From an uncultured Sunxiuqinia sp. (GTDB taxonomy: Bacteria > Bacteroidota > Bacteroidia > Bacteroidales > Prolixibacteraceae), in the NCBI GenBank assembly GCA_965140765.1, contig OZ223309.1, positions 1,003,470-1,067,469 on the forward strand: 64,000 bases of DNA, written 5' to 3'. The notes beneath the pieces were generated by a model. The model made no database searches. It was not told the origin of the DNA and was given only the letters and a program-made list of their open reading frames with translations. A program made the translations under genes and the position numbers. Positions within the stretch are counted from its first letter, which is position 1. Each line of letters opens with the position of its first letter. Shown piece by piece: positions 38,171 through 48,768 of the stretch.

Positions 38171-40584
38171 AAGTAAAACCCATAGAAAAGAGCTTGCCCC
38201 TACTAGGCTTTAATGGCAATACCGTAGTTTCGAATAACCTCGATATGGGGTTCGGATTAAGGCTCGAACTGCCCGAGCTGCTATCTAACAGCACGGAACA
38301 GTTGTATAGGTTACATGATACTTTTCAACGGGCGGTAAACCTGTTGCCTGGAAACACCCTGCTCCATAAACAAGATTTCTTTTCTGTGGAACATTTTGAG
38401 GGAAGCAATAAAACTTCAAAAAAGAGGTATCGGGATAGCCTGAATCGGTATTACATGCAACATTTTAACGGGCGATCTTACCTGAAACAGGAATGCTACC
38501 TGTATATCAGTTTGCTAAATGTAGGATTACTAAAAAATTATCTTGGTTCATCCCTGCTGTTTTCCCGCAAACAGAAATTGCAGGAAATAAAAATGAACGG
38601 GAAAATAAACGAGCTGCGTTCCAACCTGGTTTCGGTTTTCGGGCAAAGCGGGATAAAGACAAGGCCGGTTGCACAGGAAGAAGTCATTGGAAATGATGGT
38701 ACAACAGGACTGATTGAGCGGTATTTAACCCTTAATTTCAGGGGAGGTCAGCCATTGCTGGGAGGGATAGACTTCAGGGACAGGCTCCGGGTGATGGACC
38801 GCTTTGTGGAAATCCTTAGTTTAAGCGATTTTTCGCATTTGCCAACAGAAGTAAGGCCAACAAGCGGCCATCCCCAAACCAGCCTCCCAGTTTCCCTGGT
38901 GTACCCGGTGACCTACCACCTGCCGTTTTCACATATAACTAACCAGTTTATCTATGTCCCGACGCAACAGAAAGTAAAAGCCGGATTGGAAAGCAACCAT
39001 AAGAAGATCTACAGCCTGTCTAAATTTTCTTCTGAGAATAAGGTCAATGCAGGGCTGATTGAAGATTTTCTGGATACGGTACAGGTTTCAGGGGAGAAAA
39101 TCGTCAAAACCCATTTTAATGTAATGCTTTTTGACGAATCCATTTCTGAACTGAAAAAATACAAAAGCGAAACCGCCTCGGCCTTTTCGCTAATGAATTG
39201 CTTTCCTTACCAGCACTCCTTTGATTTGCCCCTGTTGTTTTTTGCCTGTGTGCCTTTTTCAACCCAATTACCGGAAACGGAACTGTTTACCACCCAAGTT
39301 CCGCAAGCCTGTTGCCTGACCAATTTTGAAGGAGAAGTGCAAAATTCTAAGTCTAATTTCTTTATCAACCTTTCCAACCGGCAGGAAGGTTGCCCGGTAA
39401 AAATTGATCTTTCAGATGAGCCGATGCAAAAGCACCTGATCCATAACCGGAACAAAATCATTATCGGCGGTTCCGGATCCGGAAAATCCTTTTTTACCAA
39501 TCATCTGTTGAGGCAATATGCAGAGAGCGGAAACTGTCATATCGTTTTACTTGACGTTGGCCGTAGCTATGAAATCCTGACCCGCTATCTGGATGAGAAG
39601 CTAAAAGATAAGGGCGGGGCAAAGCTGATCGAATTTTCCGAGACGAATCCTATCTCATTTAACCCCTTTGTAGTAGACGGGGAGCCGGATATCGAAAAAA
39701 AACAAACCATCCTGTCGGTCATTTATACCATTTACAAAGAGAACCTGACAGAAATGGAAAAGGATGTGATTGCCTTTTCAGTGAACCGCTACTTTGAAAC
39801 CAACATTAAAAAGAAACGATGCTTTAACAGCTATTATGAGTTCTGCAAAGAAATTATTCCCCGCTTGGCCAAAGACGAATCCATAGAGTTTAACAGCAAC
39901 GAATTTTTCTTTATCCTCAGTAAATACTATAAAGGTGGTGAATATGATTACCTGCTGAACAAGCCCATGAACACCGATGAGTTTTTTGCCTGTCCGTTTC
40001 TTGTTTTTGAACTGGATTCGATAAAAGACCACCCGGTAATTTTTCCTGTGGCCACACTGATCATTATGGATATTTTCCTGCAAAAGATGCGCAGGCTGAA
40101 GCGGGTCAGAAAGGTAGTCTGTCTGGAAGAAGCCTGGAAAGCCATTGCGACCCCTCAAATGGCAGGGTTTATCAAGTATTTTTTCAAGACCATACGCAAA
40201 TTCTTTGGTGAGGCTATGGTAGTTACCCAGGAGGTGGACGATGTAATCTCATCACCCATAATCAGGGATGCCATTATCAACAATGCCGATACAAGGATAT
40301 TGCTGGACATGAACAAATTCAAAAACAAGTTTGATGAAATCAGCCGCTTCCTGGGCCTGAATGAATTCCAGAAGGAACAAATCCTGTCCATCAACAAAAA
40401 TCTTCCATCTGACCGGAAGTTCAAGGAAGTATTTATCTCCCTGGGGGAATACTCCCGTGTTTTTGCCCTGGAAGTCAGTAAGCCTGAGTATTTCTGCTAC
40501 ACCACCGAACAAAAGGAAAAAGAAGAAATCCTTGGCCGGCTGAACAAGGAAAAATCCGTACTGGAAGTACTTAGAACCATTTAA
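38167..40584 (+). CDS. traG: TraG VirB4-family conjugative ATPase
   Basis: LHKQDFF, NRNKIIIGGSGSGKSFFTN, LEEAWKAI, RKFFGEAMVVTQE. Confidence 0.93.
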   Translation: MKVKPIEKSLPLLGFNGNTVVSNNLDMGFGLRLELPELLSNSTEQLYRLHDTFQRAVNLLPGNTLLHKQDFFSVEHFEGSNKTSKKRYRDSLNRYYMQHFNGRSYLKQECYLYISLLNVGLLKNYLGSSLLFSRKQKLQEIKMNGKINELRSNLVSVFGQSGIKTRPVAQEEVIGNDGTTGLIERYLTLNFRGGQPLLGGIDFRDRLRVMDRFVEILSLSDFSHLPTEVRPTSGHPQTSLPVSLVYPVTYHLPFSHITNQFIYVPTQQKVKAGLESNHKKIYSLSKFSSENKVNAGLIEDFLDTVQVSGEKIVKTHFNVMLFDESISELKKYKSETASAFSLMNCFPYQHSFDLPLLFFACVPFSTQLPETELFTTQVPQACCLTNFEGEVQNSKSNFFINLSNRQEGCPVKIDLSDEPMQKHLIHNRNKIIIGGSGSGKSFFTNHLLRQYAESGNCHIVLLDVGRSYEILTRYLDEKLKDKGGAKLIEFSETNPISFNPFVVDGEPDIEKKQTILSVIYTIYKENLTEMEKDVIAFSVNRYFETNIKKKRCFNSYYEFCKEIIPRLAKDESIEFNSNEFFFILSKYYKGGEYDYLLNKPMNTDEFFACPFLVFELDSIKDHPVIFPVATLIIMDIFLQKMRRLKRVRKVVCLEEAWKAIATPQMAGFIKYFFKTIRKFFGEAMVVTQEVDDVISSPIIRDAIINNADTRILLDMNKFKNKFDEISRFLGLNEFQKEQILSINKNLPSDRKFKEVFISLGEYSRVFALEVSKPEYFCYTTEQKEKEEILGRLNKEKSVLEVLRTI

Positions 40585-40634
40585 CCGAATGGTATTCTAT
40601 GTACTAAATACTCACTACTAATAATCTTATAAAA

Positions 40635-41285
40635 ATGAAAACAACAATTAAAATTCTGGTGATCCTCCTGATACTCTCGGGAACCTGCCTGACGCAATTA
40701 AAAGCCCAAACACCTGTAACGGATGTGGGGGCAGGAATCCAGCGCGAAGCCCTCTGGGTGGAAGAAGAAGGGATCCTTTCAAAAATCAACCTGTACAATG
40801 TCCTGATCAAAGCACTGAACGGCGATATCAAGGGCCTTACAGGTGAAATCCTGGGCATTGATGAGAAAATGCTGGAAAGCCTGGAGAAAGTTTCCAACCT
40901 GATCAAGGACTACAAACGGGTGCAGGAAACCCGCGAAATCCTTGGAAGGGTGATCGATATTTATACTGAAAAAGTTCCCTTGTTGGTACAGGACGAAAAT
41001 TTTACTGCTCAGCAGGCTGTAGCTATTGTCCAATCCTTTGACCTGGTACTGGAAGACAGCAAACAAATGGTCAACACGGTTCTGAATACCATCCTAGAAG
41101 ACAACCTGTTTATGATGGACGACAAACAACGCTATGACACGATTAACGAAATTTACCTGGGGGTAAAGCAGCACTACGGCACCATTTGCTACCTGTACAA
41201 CAAAATTATGTATGCATCCTACCTGAAAAGCCACGAATCGGGCGACCTGGAAAGTTTTGCTATGTATTACAGCCTCTATAAATAA
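40635..41285 (+). CDS. Exported conjugation protein, TraI-like
   Basis: Signal peptide, AQTPVTD, LEKVS..IKDY..V, M.DKQRY..I pattern; position after traG. Confidence 0.65.
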   Translation: MKTTIKILVILLILSGTCLTQLKAQTPVTDVGAGIQREALWVEEEGILSKINLYNVLIKALNGDIKGLTGEILGIDEKMLESLEKVSNLIKDYKRVQETREILGRVIDIYTEKVPLLVQDENFTAQQAVAIVQSFDLVLEDSKQMVNTVLNTILEDNLFMMDDKQRYDTINEIYLGVKQHYGTICYLYNKIMYASYLKSHESGDLESFAMYYSLYK

Positions 41286-41310
41286 CGGGAAAATGAAAAA
41301 GTCAAATATC

Positions 41311-42015
41311 ATGAAACGAATATTGATAATAGCAGCTTCAATTATCCTGATTAGTTCCGTACATACAAAAGCCCAGTTGCTTGAGATCAAGCCCTGGCAC
41401 GGAAGCTATCCTGAAATGGGAGACAGCTATCCGCTGACGTTTATTGCTTTTAAAGGTTGGCTGATACCCGTTCCTCACGTTTTTGTACGTACCTGGCCCA
41501 CCCATTACTACATTGAAGCGGACGCCATGCCGGTAACCGATGCCACGGAAATCAGCGGGACTACTGTAACTGGTTTATTGCGGATTGTTGCAAAAATGCT
41601 GGAGCGCCATCAGATGGAAGGACGGCATAATGAAACGGTTCAGATTAGAGATAACACTGACCTCCAAAAACAGATCGGGGAAAAAATATTCAACGCAAGG
41701 ACAGACCAGTTGGAAGACCTGTTCGGTCTGGCGCAACGCTTTATCGGACTATACAGCAAGATAGACAGGATCGGTGATTTGCCAAATTCTACAGAAGTAA
41801 AGGAGATTTTCGAGGAAGAAGCCGACTGCCAGTTGATGCATTTTCTGATGGTCAACCTGTTGGAGACCGGCCATGGTGAAAAGCTCGAAGCCTATTCTGA
41901 AATCAATACTACCCTTAATAAACTGCAGGGGGAAGTGGACTATACATATTCCAAAATCCGCTATTTCAGCAATTATAATGCAGAGATTACCAGCTACTCA
42001 TTTTTAACCCGATAA
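41311..42015 (+). CDS. Exported tra-region protein
   Basis: Signal peptide MKRILIIAASIILISSVHTKAQ; between traI-like gene and traJ. Confidence 0.65.
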   Translation: MKRILIIAASIILISSVHTKAQLLEIKPWHGSYPEMGDSYPLTFIAFKGWLIPVPHVFVRTWPTHYYIEADAMPVTDATEISGTTVTGLLRIVAKMLERHQMEGRHNETVQIRDNTDLQKQIGEKIFNARTDQLEDLFGLAQRFIGLYSKIDRIGDLPNSTEVKEIFEEEADCQLMHFLMVNLLETGHGEKLEAYSEINTTLNKLQGEVDYTYSKIRYFSNYNAEITSYSFLTR

Positions 42016-42025
42016 AGAGAAAACA

Positions 42026-42976
42026 ATGTTATTGCAAGTATTAAGTACCAACGATTTTTTCAGTTTTACCGATTTCCTGATAATGCAGGGGGTAAACCAT
42101 GCCCGTGTGCTGGTGGATTTGGCAAGGGCTGTTGGCGGGATAGCTGCTTTCTTTTATATCTCGAAACGGATCTTCGAGCAACTGATTGCCGATAACCCGG
42201 TTTCCATACTGCCACTTCTCAGGCCTTTTGCCCTGGTATTGGTCATCACGTTCTGGGGGCTGTTTGTGAACCTCTTACTGGCTCCGACCAAAGGGCTGAC
42301 CGAACTTTCGGAGGCCGTCTATGTGGATAAAAAGCACATCGTAAAAGAGAAACTGGAAGAAAAGCAGCAGGCTATCCTGGCTACCGATTTGCCCCTGTTT
42401 TATGAAAATGAAGAAAAGGAGGCAGCCCTTTGGGACAAAGGGGTCAACCTGCTGTTGACAACTTACAACATTATAAGCGGGCGGGCCATTCAGAACCAGA
42501 TTAATTTTTATCTGATGGACGCTGTCCGTCAGGTACTGGAATCCCTTTTTGAAGTGCTGGTTTATCTGATCGCTTTTTTGCGGACAGTATTTTGTGTGCT
42601 ATTGGTCATATTTGGGCCGCTGGTTTTTGCCCTTTCCATTTTTGATGGTTTCCAGGACAATTACCTGCAATGGATCGCCCGGTTTGTAAATGTAAATCTC
42701 TACCTGCCCATTGCTTTGCTTATCCTTTCCATCGTTCAGGAAATCCTGATTTATGTGCTGGATCTGGAAATCGCCCAAATCAATGCTATGCTGGTTTACC
42801 AGCCTAAACTGTTTTTTGTCTCCAACCTGGTTGTCCCGGTTTGCGGAATTGTGGGTTTAGCGATGACTCCGAAAATTGCATCCTGGATTATTTCGGCATC
42901 AGGCACGAGGTCGGGAGGAGGCAGACTAGTTCGCACTGCAGCGGTTATGGCCGTTACCAAAGGCGCTATGAAATAA
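42026..42976 (+). CDS. traJ: TraJ VirB6-like membrane protein
   Basis: LARAVGGIAAFFY, LLRPF, IFGPLVFALSIF.GF......WIARF..V.LYLPI. Confidence 0.88.
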   Translation: MLLQVLSTNDFFSFTDFLIMQGVNHARVLVDLARAVGGIAAFFYISKRIFEQLIADNPVSILPLLRPFALVLVITFWGLFVNLLLAPTKGLTELSEAVYVDKKHIVKEKLEEKQQAILATDLPLFYENEEKEAALWDKGVNLLLTTYNIISGRAIQNQINFYLMDAVRQVLESLFEVLVYLIAFLRTVFCVLLVIFGPLVFALSIFDGFQDNYLQWIARFVNVNLYLPIALLILSIVQEILIYVLDLEIAQINAMLVYQPKLFFVSNLVVPVCGIVGLAMTPKIASWIISASGTRSGGGRLVRTAAVMAVTKGAMK

Positions 42977-43040
42977 CATTAATAAAGTTGATGCGAGGTC
43001 AAAAACCGTCTTGGTTCTTGTGTCTTGAATCTAAAAAAAA

Positions 43041-43667
43041 ATGAAAAAAATATTTGACATCCAGCGAAAATTCCGTTTTACGGTCTATGTGTTATTGATA
43101 ATCAGTGTTACGCTGATTGGGGTAAGCACCTATGTGTTTACGCTATCTGCCGGGATGGTGGAATTATCCAAACAGAAAATCTATGTGTTGGATAATGGGA
43201 AATCCCTGCTGGTGGCTCTACGGGAAGACATCTCTGAAAACCGTACTGCCGAAGCCCGTGACCAGGTAAAACGGTTTCATGAATTATTTTTTACCCTCGA
43301 ACCGGATAAAGAATACATCGAAAACAATGTGCGGGAGGCTCTCTATTTGGCAGACCGTTCAGCGATGGAACAATATCAGGCCTTCAAGGAGAGCAACCTG
43401 TATAACCAGGTGATTGCCTCGGATATCAGTATGACCCTACAAACCGATTCCATCAGCCTGGATTTTTCCACCTATCCCTACCTGTTTACTTACCGGGGAA
43501 AACAAAAGATTGTACGAAAGTCCAATGTCACCGTTCGAAACCTTGAAACAACGGGGTTCTTACGCAATATCTCGCGCACGGACAACAATCCTCACGGTTT
43601 CCTGATGGAAAACTGGCGCATTGTGGAAAATAATGACATCGAAACGATCCGGCGCAAATCCTTTTAA
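43041..43667 (+). CDS. traK: TraK VirB8-like protein
   Basis: IYVLDNGKS, EARDQVKRFHELFFTL.PD, RTDNNPHGFL.E.W. Confidence 0.92.
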   Translation: MKKIFDIQRKFRFTVYVLLIISVTLIGVSTYVFTLSAGMVELSKQKIYVLDNGKSLLVALREDISENRTAEARDQVKRFHELFFTLEPDKEYIENNVREALYLADRSAMEQYQAFKESNLYNQVIASDISMTLQTDSISLDFSTYPYLFTYRGKQKIVRKSNVTVRNLETTGFLRNISRTDNNPHGFLMENWRIVENNDIETIRRKSF

Positions 43668-43675
43668 GCTGCACT

Positions 43676-44011
43676 ATGATGAAAAAAGAAAATACAAATC
43701 AAAACCTGAAAGATGTCAGCCGCTTTACCCGGTGGGTGAACGATTTGGACACAAAGGATCAATCGCTGACACCCCGGCGAAGGAAAAGGAGGTGGATACT
43801 CATAACAGGTGGGATTTTTATCCTGTTTTTACTGTCTTTCCTGCTTTTCCCGTCAGCGAACCCCGGTTCTTCAAGAATTTCCTCACCTGAAGTAGGAATA
43901 GAAAAACAAAGCAAGGAACCGGCCGCTCAATCTGCCTTTGATTTACCGGTCGATTCATTTGAAAACCATTTAAAAAGTGTCATCTATGAAGAACTATCTG
44001 AAAAAGAATAA
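43676..44011 (+). CDS. Small membrane protein at the TraL position
   Basis: Single TM helix; between traK and traM. Confidence 0.6.
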   Translation: MMKKENTNQNLKDVSRFTRWVNDLDTKDQSLTPRRRKRRWILITGGIFILFLLSFLLFPSANPGSSRISSPEVGIEKQSKEPAAQSAFDLPVDSFENHLKSVIYEELSEKE

Positions 44012-45128
44012 AGGGCTGTTTCTACTGCCCCTGGGATTAATCCCTTTCCTGGTCCTTATTTTTTATGTGTTGGGCGGAGGGAAAGAAAATGAACAGGTTC
44101 AGCAGCAAAAAGCACAAGCCACCGACGGGGCAAACTATGTATTGCCTGAAGCTGAACAATCCATCGGGATACTGGATAAGATGGAAGCCTACCAGCAGCA
44201 GGCTACCAGAAATGAAACGTTAAATGCCGGTATGAGAGAAAGGGATTCAACAATATTCGCAGGACAAAATCCGGCGGATTCTACAAAAGTTGAATTATCC
44301 CTGTTGGCGCAACAAAACCCAAAGCTGCCTGAAAACTTGCTGGCCCATATCAGACAAAAAGAACAGGAAGCCAAAAAAGAGCTGACGGAACCGGAAAGGA
44401 GAGTGAGCAGGCCTGTTCCCCAAAAGCAATACACAGGTTCCCCTACAAAAAGGCAAAATCCCAAACCCGAAAAGGAACCGGTAAAACAAACCACCGGTAT
44501 TGAGGAACTGGATAAGGTTTTTGACGAGAACAGGACATTGAGCCGTCAAAACGACTCATTGAAGTTTTACCTGCAACAAAGTCAAAACAGGTTGGCAAAA
44601 ATTGAAAAGCTTCAAAATGCAAGTTTCTCGCTTGATAAAAAAGCCGGGACGGATTTCAATCAAACGGAAGAAACAAATAACCTTATCAAAGCAGAGATTT
44701 ATGAAACTACCACGGTACTTGATGGCAACAGGGTAAAGCTCCGTTTGCTGGAAGATACCCGGATAAATGGTAAGGAAGTCCCGAAAAACACATTTATATA
44801 CGGTATCTGCAAAGTTAAAAACGAACGGCTGCACATTGAAATCAGCCGGATGCCGGTCGATGAAGGTTTTCTTCCGGTAAAACTTGCCATCCATGATCTG
44901 GACGGGATGTCTGGCCTCTATGTCTCGGACAACGTTGCACGGAAAGTAACAAAGGAAGTCGGGGGCAGTACCAATACCTCTTCGCTTTTTGGAATGACAG
45001 ACGATCCCCTGACCTATGCAGGGGTTCGCGCTGCCGACCGTACCACACAAATCCTTTTAAAAAGGGTACGCCTGAAAAAGGTAACCGTCCGGAAAAACAC
45101 AATTGTATATCTCATCAATCAAAACTAA
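43986..45128 (+). CDS. traM: TraM VirB10-like protein
   Basis: N-terminal TM, KAEIYET.TV.DG.RVKLRLL, D.DGMSGLYV C-terminal domain. Confidence 0.9.
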   Translation: MKNYLKKNKGLFLLPLGLIPFLVLIFYVLGGGKENEQVQQQKAQATDGANYVLPEAEQSIGILDKMEAYQQQATRNETLNAGMRERDSTIFAGQNPADSTKVELSLLAQQNPKLPENLLAHIRQKEQEAKKELTEPERRVSRPVPQKQYTGSPTKRQNPKPEKEPVKQTTGIEELDKVFDENRTLSRQNDSLKFYLQQSQNRLAKIEKLQNASFSLDKKAGTDFNQTEETNNLIKAEIYETTTVLDGNRVKLRLLEDTRINGKEVPKNTFIYGICKVKNERLHIEISRMPVDEGFLPVKLAIHDLDGMSGLYVSDNVARKVTKEVGGSTNTSSLFGMTDDPLTYAGVRAADRTTQILLKRVRLKKVTVRKNTIVYLINQN

Positions 45129-45133
45129 ATACC

Positions 45134-45937
45134 ATGAAACAATTCATTTTTATCTTGCCCTTTTTGTTTTTCTTTTCAATAGCAGGCAAAGCACAAGACC
45201 GGATTGAGGTCTGCGAAAATAAGGCAATCCACATTATCAGCAATGAAAAAATAACCTACCTGCAGGTAGGTGACCACAACAAAATCATGGCTGAGATTGT
45301 CCCTGAACATCCGAACCTGGTCCGGGTAAAAGCCGTGAAAAACTTCGAAGGCGAATCATCGCTAACCCTTGTAAGCGCAGGTAAAGTCTATTCCCTTTTC
45401 GTAGAATATACCGATACAGATAAGCTATCCTGGCAGTTGGACGATTTTCATTCCCTTAAAAACGGGAACCTGGCAGGCGGAAGAATCCCTGAATATTTGC
45501 TCCGGGAAATCAGTTATCAAATCCTTTCCCAAAATAAGAAGCACATTAAAAAACGGAAGGAGAAGAAAGACGGGATAAAAATCCGGCTGACCAACATTTA
45601 TTTGAAAAACGACCTCCTTTTCTTTGAACTGGAAATCACCAACCAGACCAACCTGGGGTATGAAGTGGAAGGTTTTCACTGGTGGATTGGCGATAAAAGG
45701 CAGTACAAAGCCACTAATGTCCAGGAATACCCGGTTGAACCTGAATACCAGCATTACAACATCAGGAACATTCCCGCCGGAACAAAGCTCCGTGAAGTAT
45801 TTGTATTGCCCAAATTTACGATTCCTGACAAGCGGATACTAACCATTGAAATGCTTGAAAAAGCATTGGGTAATACGGGGAGGAAACTTAGCCTTGAGAT
45901 AAAAAACAGGGATATTTTTCAAGCCAGGACATTCTAA
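45134..45937 (+). CDS. traN: TraN VirB9-like protein (DUF4138)
   Basis: Signal peptide, NLVRVKA, L.NIY...D.LFF.LEI.N, F.LPKFTIPD...L.IEM.EK..GR. Confidence 0.88.
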   Translation: MKQFIFILPFLFFFSIAGKAQDRIEVCENKAIHIISNEKITYLQVGDHNKIMAEIVPEHPNLVRVKAVKNFEGESSLTLVSAGKVYSLFVEYTDTDKLSWQLDDFHSLKNGNLAGGRIPEYLLREISYQILSQNKKHIKKRKEKKDGIKIRLTNIYLKNDLLFFELEITNQTNLGYEVEGFHWWIGDKRQYKATNVQEYPVEPEYQHYNIRNIPAGTKLREVFVLPKFTIPDKRILTIEMLEKALGNTGRKLSLEIKNRDIFQARTF

Positions 45938-45955
45938 CCTTTCAATTTTCGAGAA

Positions 45956-47872
45956 ATGTTGAACGAATCACCGGAATTAAGAAAACTGCACGAAGGTTTC
46001 CGATTTTTCAGTTACCTGTTGCTATTGCTGACCCTGTATATCAACCAAATCCGGTTTTTTGCCAGGAAAGGCCTTTATATTTTGGAGTTTACCGCGGTAA
46101 CCGAAAAGATAACCCACATCCGTTTTCTTGGAGATACTATTCTGGCAAAAGCCGTTTGCCTGGCTTTCCTGGCGATTACCTGCATCGGCACCAAGGCGAA
46201 AAAAGACCGCAATTTAAAGGTTTCTGAAATTGTCATCCAGGTAATTATTGGTTCTGCCCTTTACTGGGGAAGCCTTTTGGTTTTTAAAACGGCAACGGTT
46301 TATTTGCTGCTTTCCTTTTTCGGGTTTGTCATCCTGAATATCGGCTTTGACAATATCTCCAAACTCATTAATGTCAACCTGATGAAAGACCGTTTCAACC
46401 TGGAGAACGAAAGCTTTCCGCAGGAACAGAACTTAAAGGAAAACGAATTCTCCGTTAATCTTGCGACACAGTTTCAATACAAGAACAAAACACATTCCGG
46501 TTATATTAACATCATCAACCCGTTTCGGGGAACTATGGTCATCGGAACTCCCGGCTCAGGGAAATCCTATTCGGTGGTATTGCCTTTTATCAAACAACAT
46601 CTTTCAAAAGGGTTTTCGATGTGTGTCTATGACTTTAAATACCCGGACTTATCCGATATTGTTTACAATTATTTTTTGAAAGCCAGAAAGAAGAAAGTGT
46701 TGCCGGAGCAGGCCCGGTTTTACGTGATCAATTTTGACGATATCCGGAAATCCTACCGTTGCAACCCTTTGGCCCCGGAACTAATGGAAAGCCCTATCGA
46801 TGCCTTTGAATCATCCCGGACGGTATTGTATAATCTAAATCGGGAATGGATACGCAAACAGGGCGAGTTTTTTTCCGAATCAGCCGTGTCCTTTTTTGCA
46901 GCCATCATCTGGTTCCTGAAAAAATACCGTGACGGGGAGTATTGCACTTTACCTCATGCCATTGAACTGCTGCAACTGGAATACGATGATTTGTTTACTA
47001 TCCTTTCCAAAGAAAAGGATGTGGAAAACATTGTCAACCCTTTTATCAATGCACATAAACGCGGGGCTAATGAGCAACTGGAAGGGCAATTGGGAAGCCT
47101 GAAGGTTGCTATCTCAAAGATTATCAGCAAAGAAATTTACTGGATTTGTTCCGGGAATGACTTTTCGCTTGACATTAATAATCCAAAACGGCCAAAAGTT
47201 TTGTGTCTGGCCAATAACCCGCTCCGAATAGAAATGTATGGAGCCGTTCTATCTCTGTTTATTACCCGGATGCTGAAAATCATGAACCGGAAAGGACAGC
47301 ATAAAGTATCGCTGATTTTTGACGAGCTGCCGACCATTTATTTCCGCGGCTTGGACACTTTAATTGCAACAGCGCGGAGCAATAAGATATCTACATTGGT
47401 AGGTCTCCAGACCATTGACCAGCTTATCCGGGATTACGGAAAGGAACAGGCCAATGCCATTCTGACCAACATCGGGAATGTTTTTGCCGGGCAGTCATTA
47501 GGCGAAACCGCTAAATTTATCCAGAACAGGATGGGGAAAATCCTACAGGAACGGCAATCCGTTAACATTAACCGCAATATGCAGTCATCCACTTTCTCTA
47601 CCCAAATGGATTTTCTGGTACCGGAAGGTAAAATTGCGACACTTCCCCAAGGATATATGGTCGGTCAGGTGACCGATAACTTTGGACAGCAAGTCAGTCA
47701 ACGCAACTTCAATTGCCTGATTGACGTAGAGCTGAGAGCTATTGAACGGGAAGAAAAGAAATACCAATCTATTCCCACTATTTACCGCTTTGACAATATC
47801 AATGATGTACTTGAAAATAACCGGAATCAAATCTGCAATGATATTGTCCGCATCCTGAGAAATACCACATAA
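45956..47872 (+). CDS. Type IV coupling protein (VirD4/TraG-TraD family)
   Basis: TM region, INPFRGT..IGTPGSGKS, YDFKYPDL, FDELPTIY, ATARSNK. Confidence 0.9.
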   Translation: MLNESPELRKLHEGFRFFSYLLLLLTLYINQIRFFARKGLYILEFTAVTEKITHIRFLGDTILAKAVCLAFLAITCIGTKAKKDRNLKVSEIVIQVIIGSALYWGSLLVFKTATVYLLLSFFGFVILNIGFDNISKLINVNLMKDRFNLENESFPQEQNLKENEFSVNLATQFQYKNKTHSGYINIINPFRGTMVIGTPGSGKSYSVVLPFIKQHLSKGFSMCVYDFKYPDLSDIVYNYFLKARKKKVLPEQARFYVINFDDIRKSYRCNPLAPELMESPIDAFESSRTVLYNLNREWIRKQGEFFSESAVSFFAAIIWFLKKYRDGEYCTLPHAIELLQLEYDDLFTILSKEKDVENIVNPFINAHKRGANEQLEGQLGSLKVAISKIISKEIYWICSGNDFSLDINNPKRPKVLCLANNPLRIEMYGAVLSLFITRMLKIMNRKGQHKVSLIFDELPTIYFRGLDTLIATARSNKISTLVGLQTIDQLIRDYGKEQANAILTNIGNVFAGQSLGETAKFIQNRMGKILQERQSVNINRNMQSSTFSTQMDFLVPEGKIATLPQGYMVGQVTDNFGQQVSQRNFNCLIDVELRAIEREEKKYQSIPTIYRFDNINDVLENNRNQICNDIVRILRNTT

Positions 47873-47920
47873 TCCCTCACAATAATCAACAAGAATTAAT
47901 CACTAATAATATAAAACGAC

Positions 47921-48589
47921 ATGGAACAAAGTACCCGCATTAAAAAAGATGAAATCCCCTTTGACAAACTGGAAAAAGTTGGGGTAAAAAAAGATTTTAT
48001 CGACCGTATGGATGAAAACGAACTGAGAGATTTTCTAAACGGTTACCGCTCTCAAAAACTTTATACTATCAACGCTACCGTGAACGATGAGCAGCTCCGT
48101 ATCCCGGCAAAACTCCGCTTGCAAAAACAGGATAACGGCGAAGTGGATGTGAAAATCCATCCAATACAACGGTTGTATGTTCCCGATGAATATATGAACC
48201 ATAAGTTTACCAAAGAAGAAAAGGCTACATTGCTGAATGACAAGAATCTGGGAAAAACTATCGAATTAACCGGGAAAGATGGCAAAAAGGACAATTATTA
48301 CCTGGCAATTGATAACAAAACCAATGAACTCATTCCACTCAGAACAAAAAATATCAAAGTACCTGACAAAATAAAAGGGGCAACTCTTTCAGCAGAACAA
48401 AAGCAAAAACTGGCTGCCGGTAAAAAAGTTTACCTCGATAAAATGACCGGAAGAAACGGAAAAAAGTTTGGGGCATCGCTCCAGGTGGATGCAGCCAACC
48501 GGACGATTAATTTCTCTGGTTTCAAGCAGGAAAAAGACCTGGATAAGAAACAGGCTAAGGGTAAAGGTGCAAAACAAAAAGTAGGGTAA
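47921..48589 (+). CDS. DUF3945/DUF4099-like ICE protein
   Basis: IPFDKLEKVG, FTKEEK..L....NLGK, IKGA.LS.EQK..L..G repeats. Confidence 0.7.
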   Translation: MEQSTRIKKDEIPFDKLEKVGVKKDFIDRMDENELRDFLNGYRSQKLYTINATVNDEQLRIPAKLRLQKQDNGEVDVKIHPIQRLYVPDEYMNHKFTKEEKATLLNDKNLGKTIELTGKDGKKDNYYLAIDNKTNELIPLRTKNIKVPDKIKGATLSAEQKQKLAAGKKVYLDKMTGRNGKKFGASLQVDAANRTINFSGFKQEKDLDKKQAKGKGAKQKVG

Positions 48590-48639
48590 TTCCCTGACCT
48601 GAATTAACCTTAGAAGTCAGTAGAAAACAACTTAGGGGG

Positions 48640-48715
48640 AGGGGATTGCAAGATGTGTTTTTATGGCCATAAAAACCTTTCACCTTGTCCCGGCACGCCG
48701 GGAGACATTCCCCAT
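48640..48715. other. Putative oriT
   Basis: GCAAGATGT followed by the 20-bp perfect palindrome GTTTTTATGGCCATAAAAAC (48657-48676) and TCCCGGC/GCCGGGA (48688-48703), immediately upstream of the mobilisation and relaxase genes. Confidence 0.65.
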
Positions 48716-48768
48716 TAATTGAATGCATTCCCCTCTGAAAAGGAAGAAAGTTACCAGAAAATTAATCC

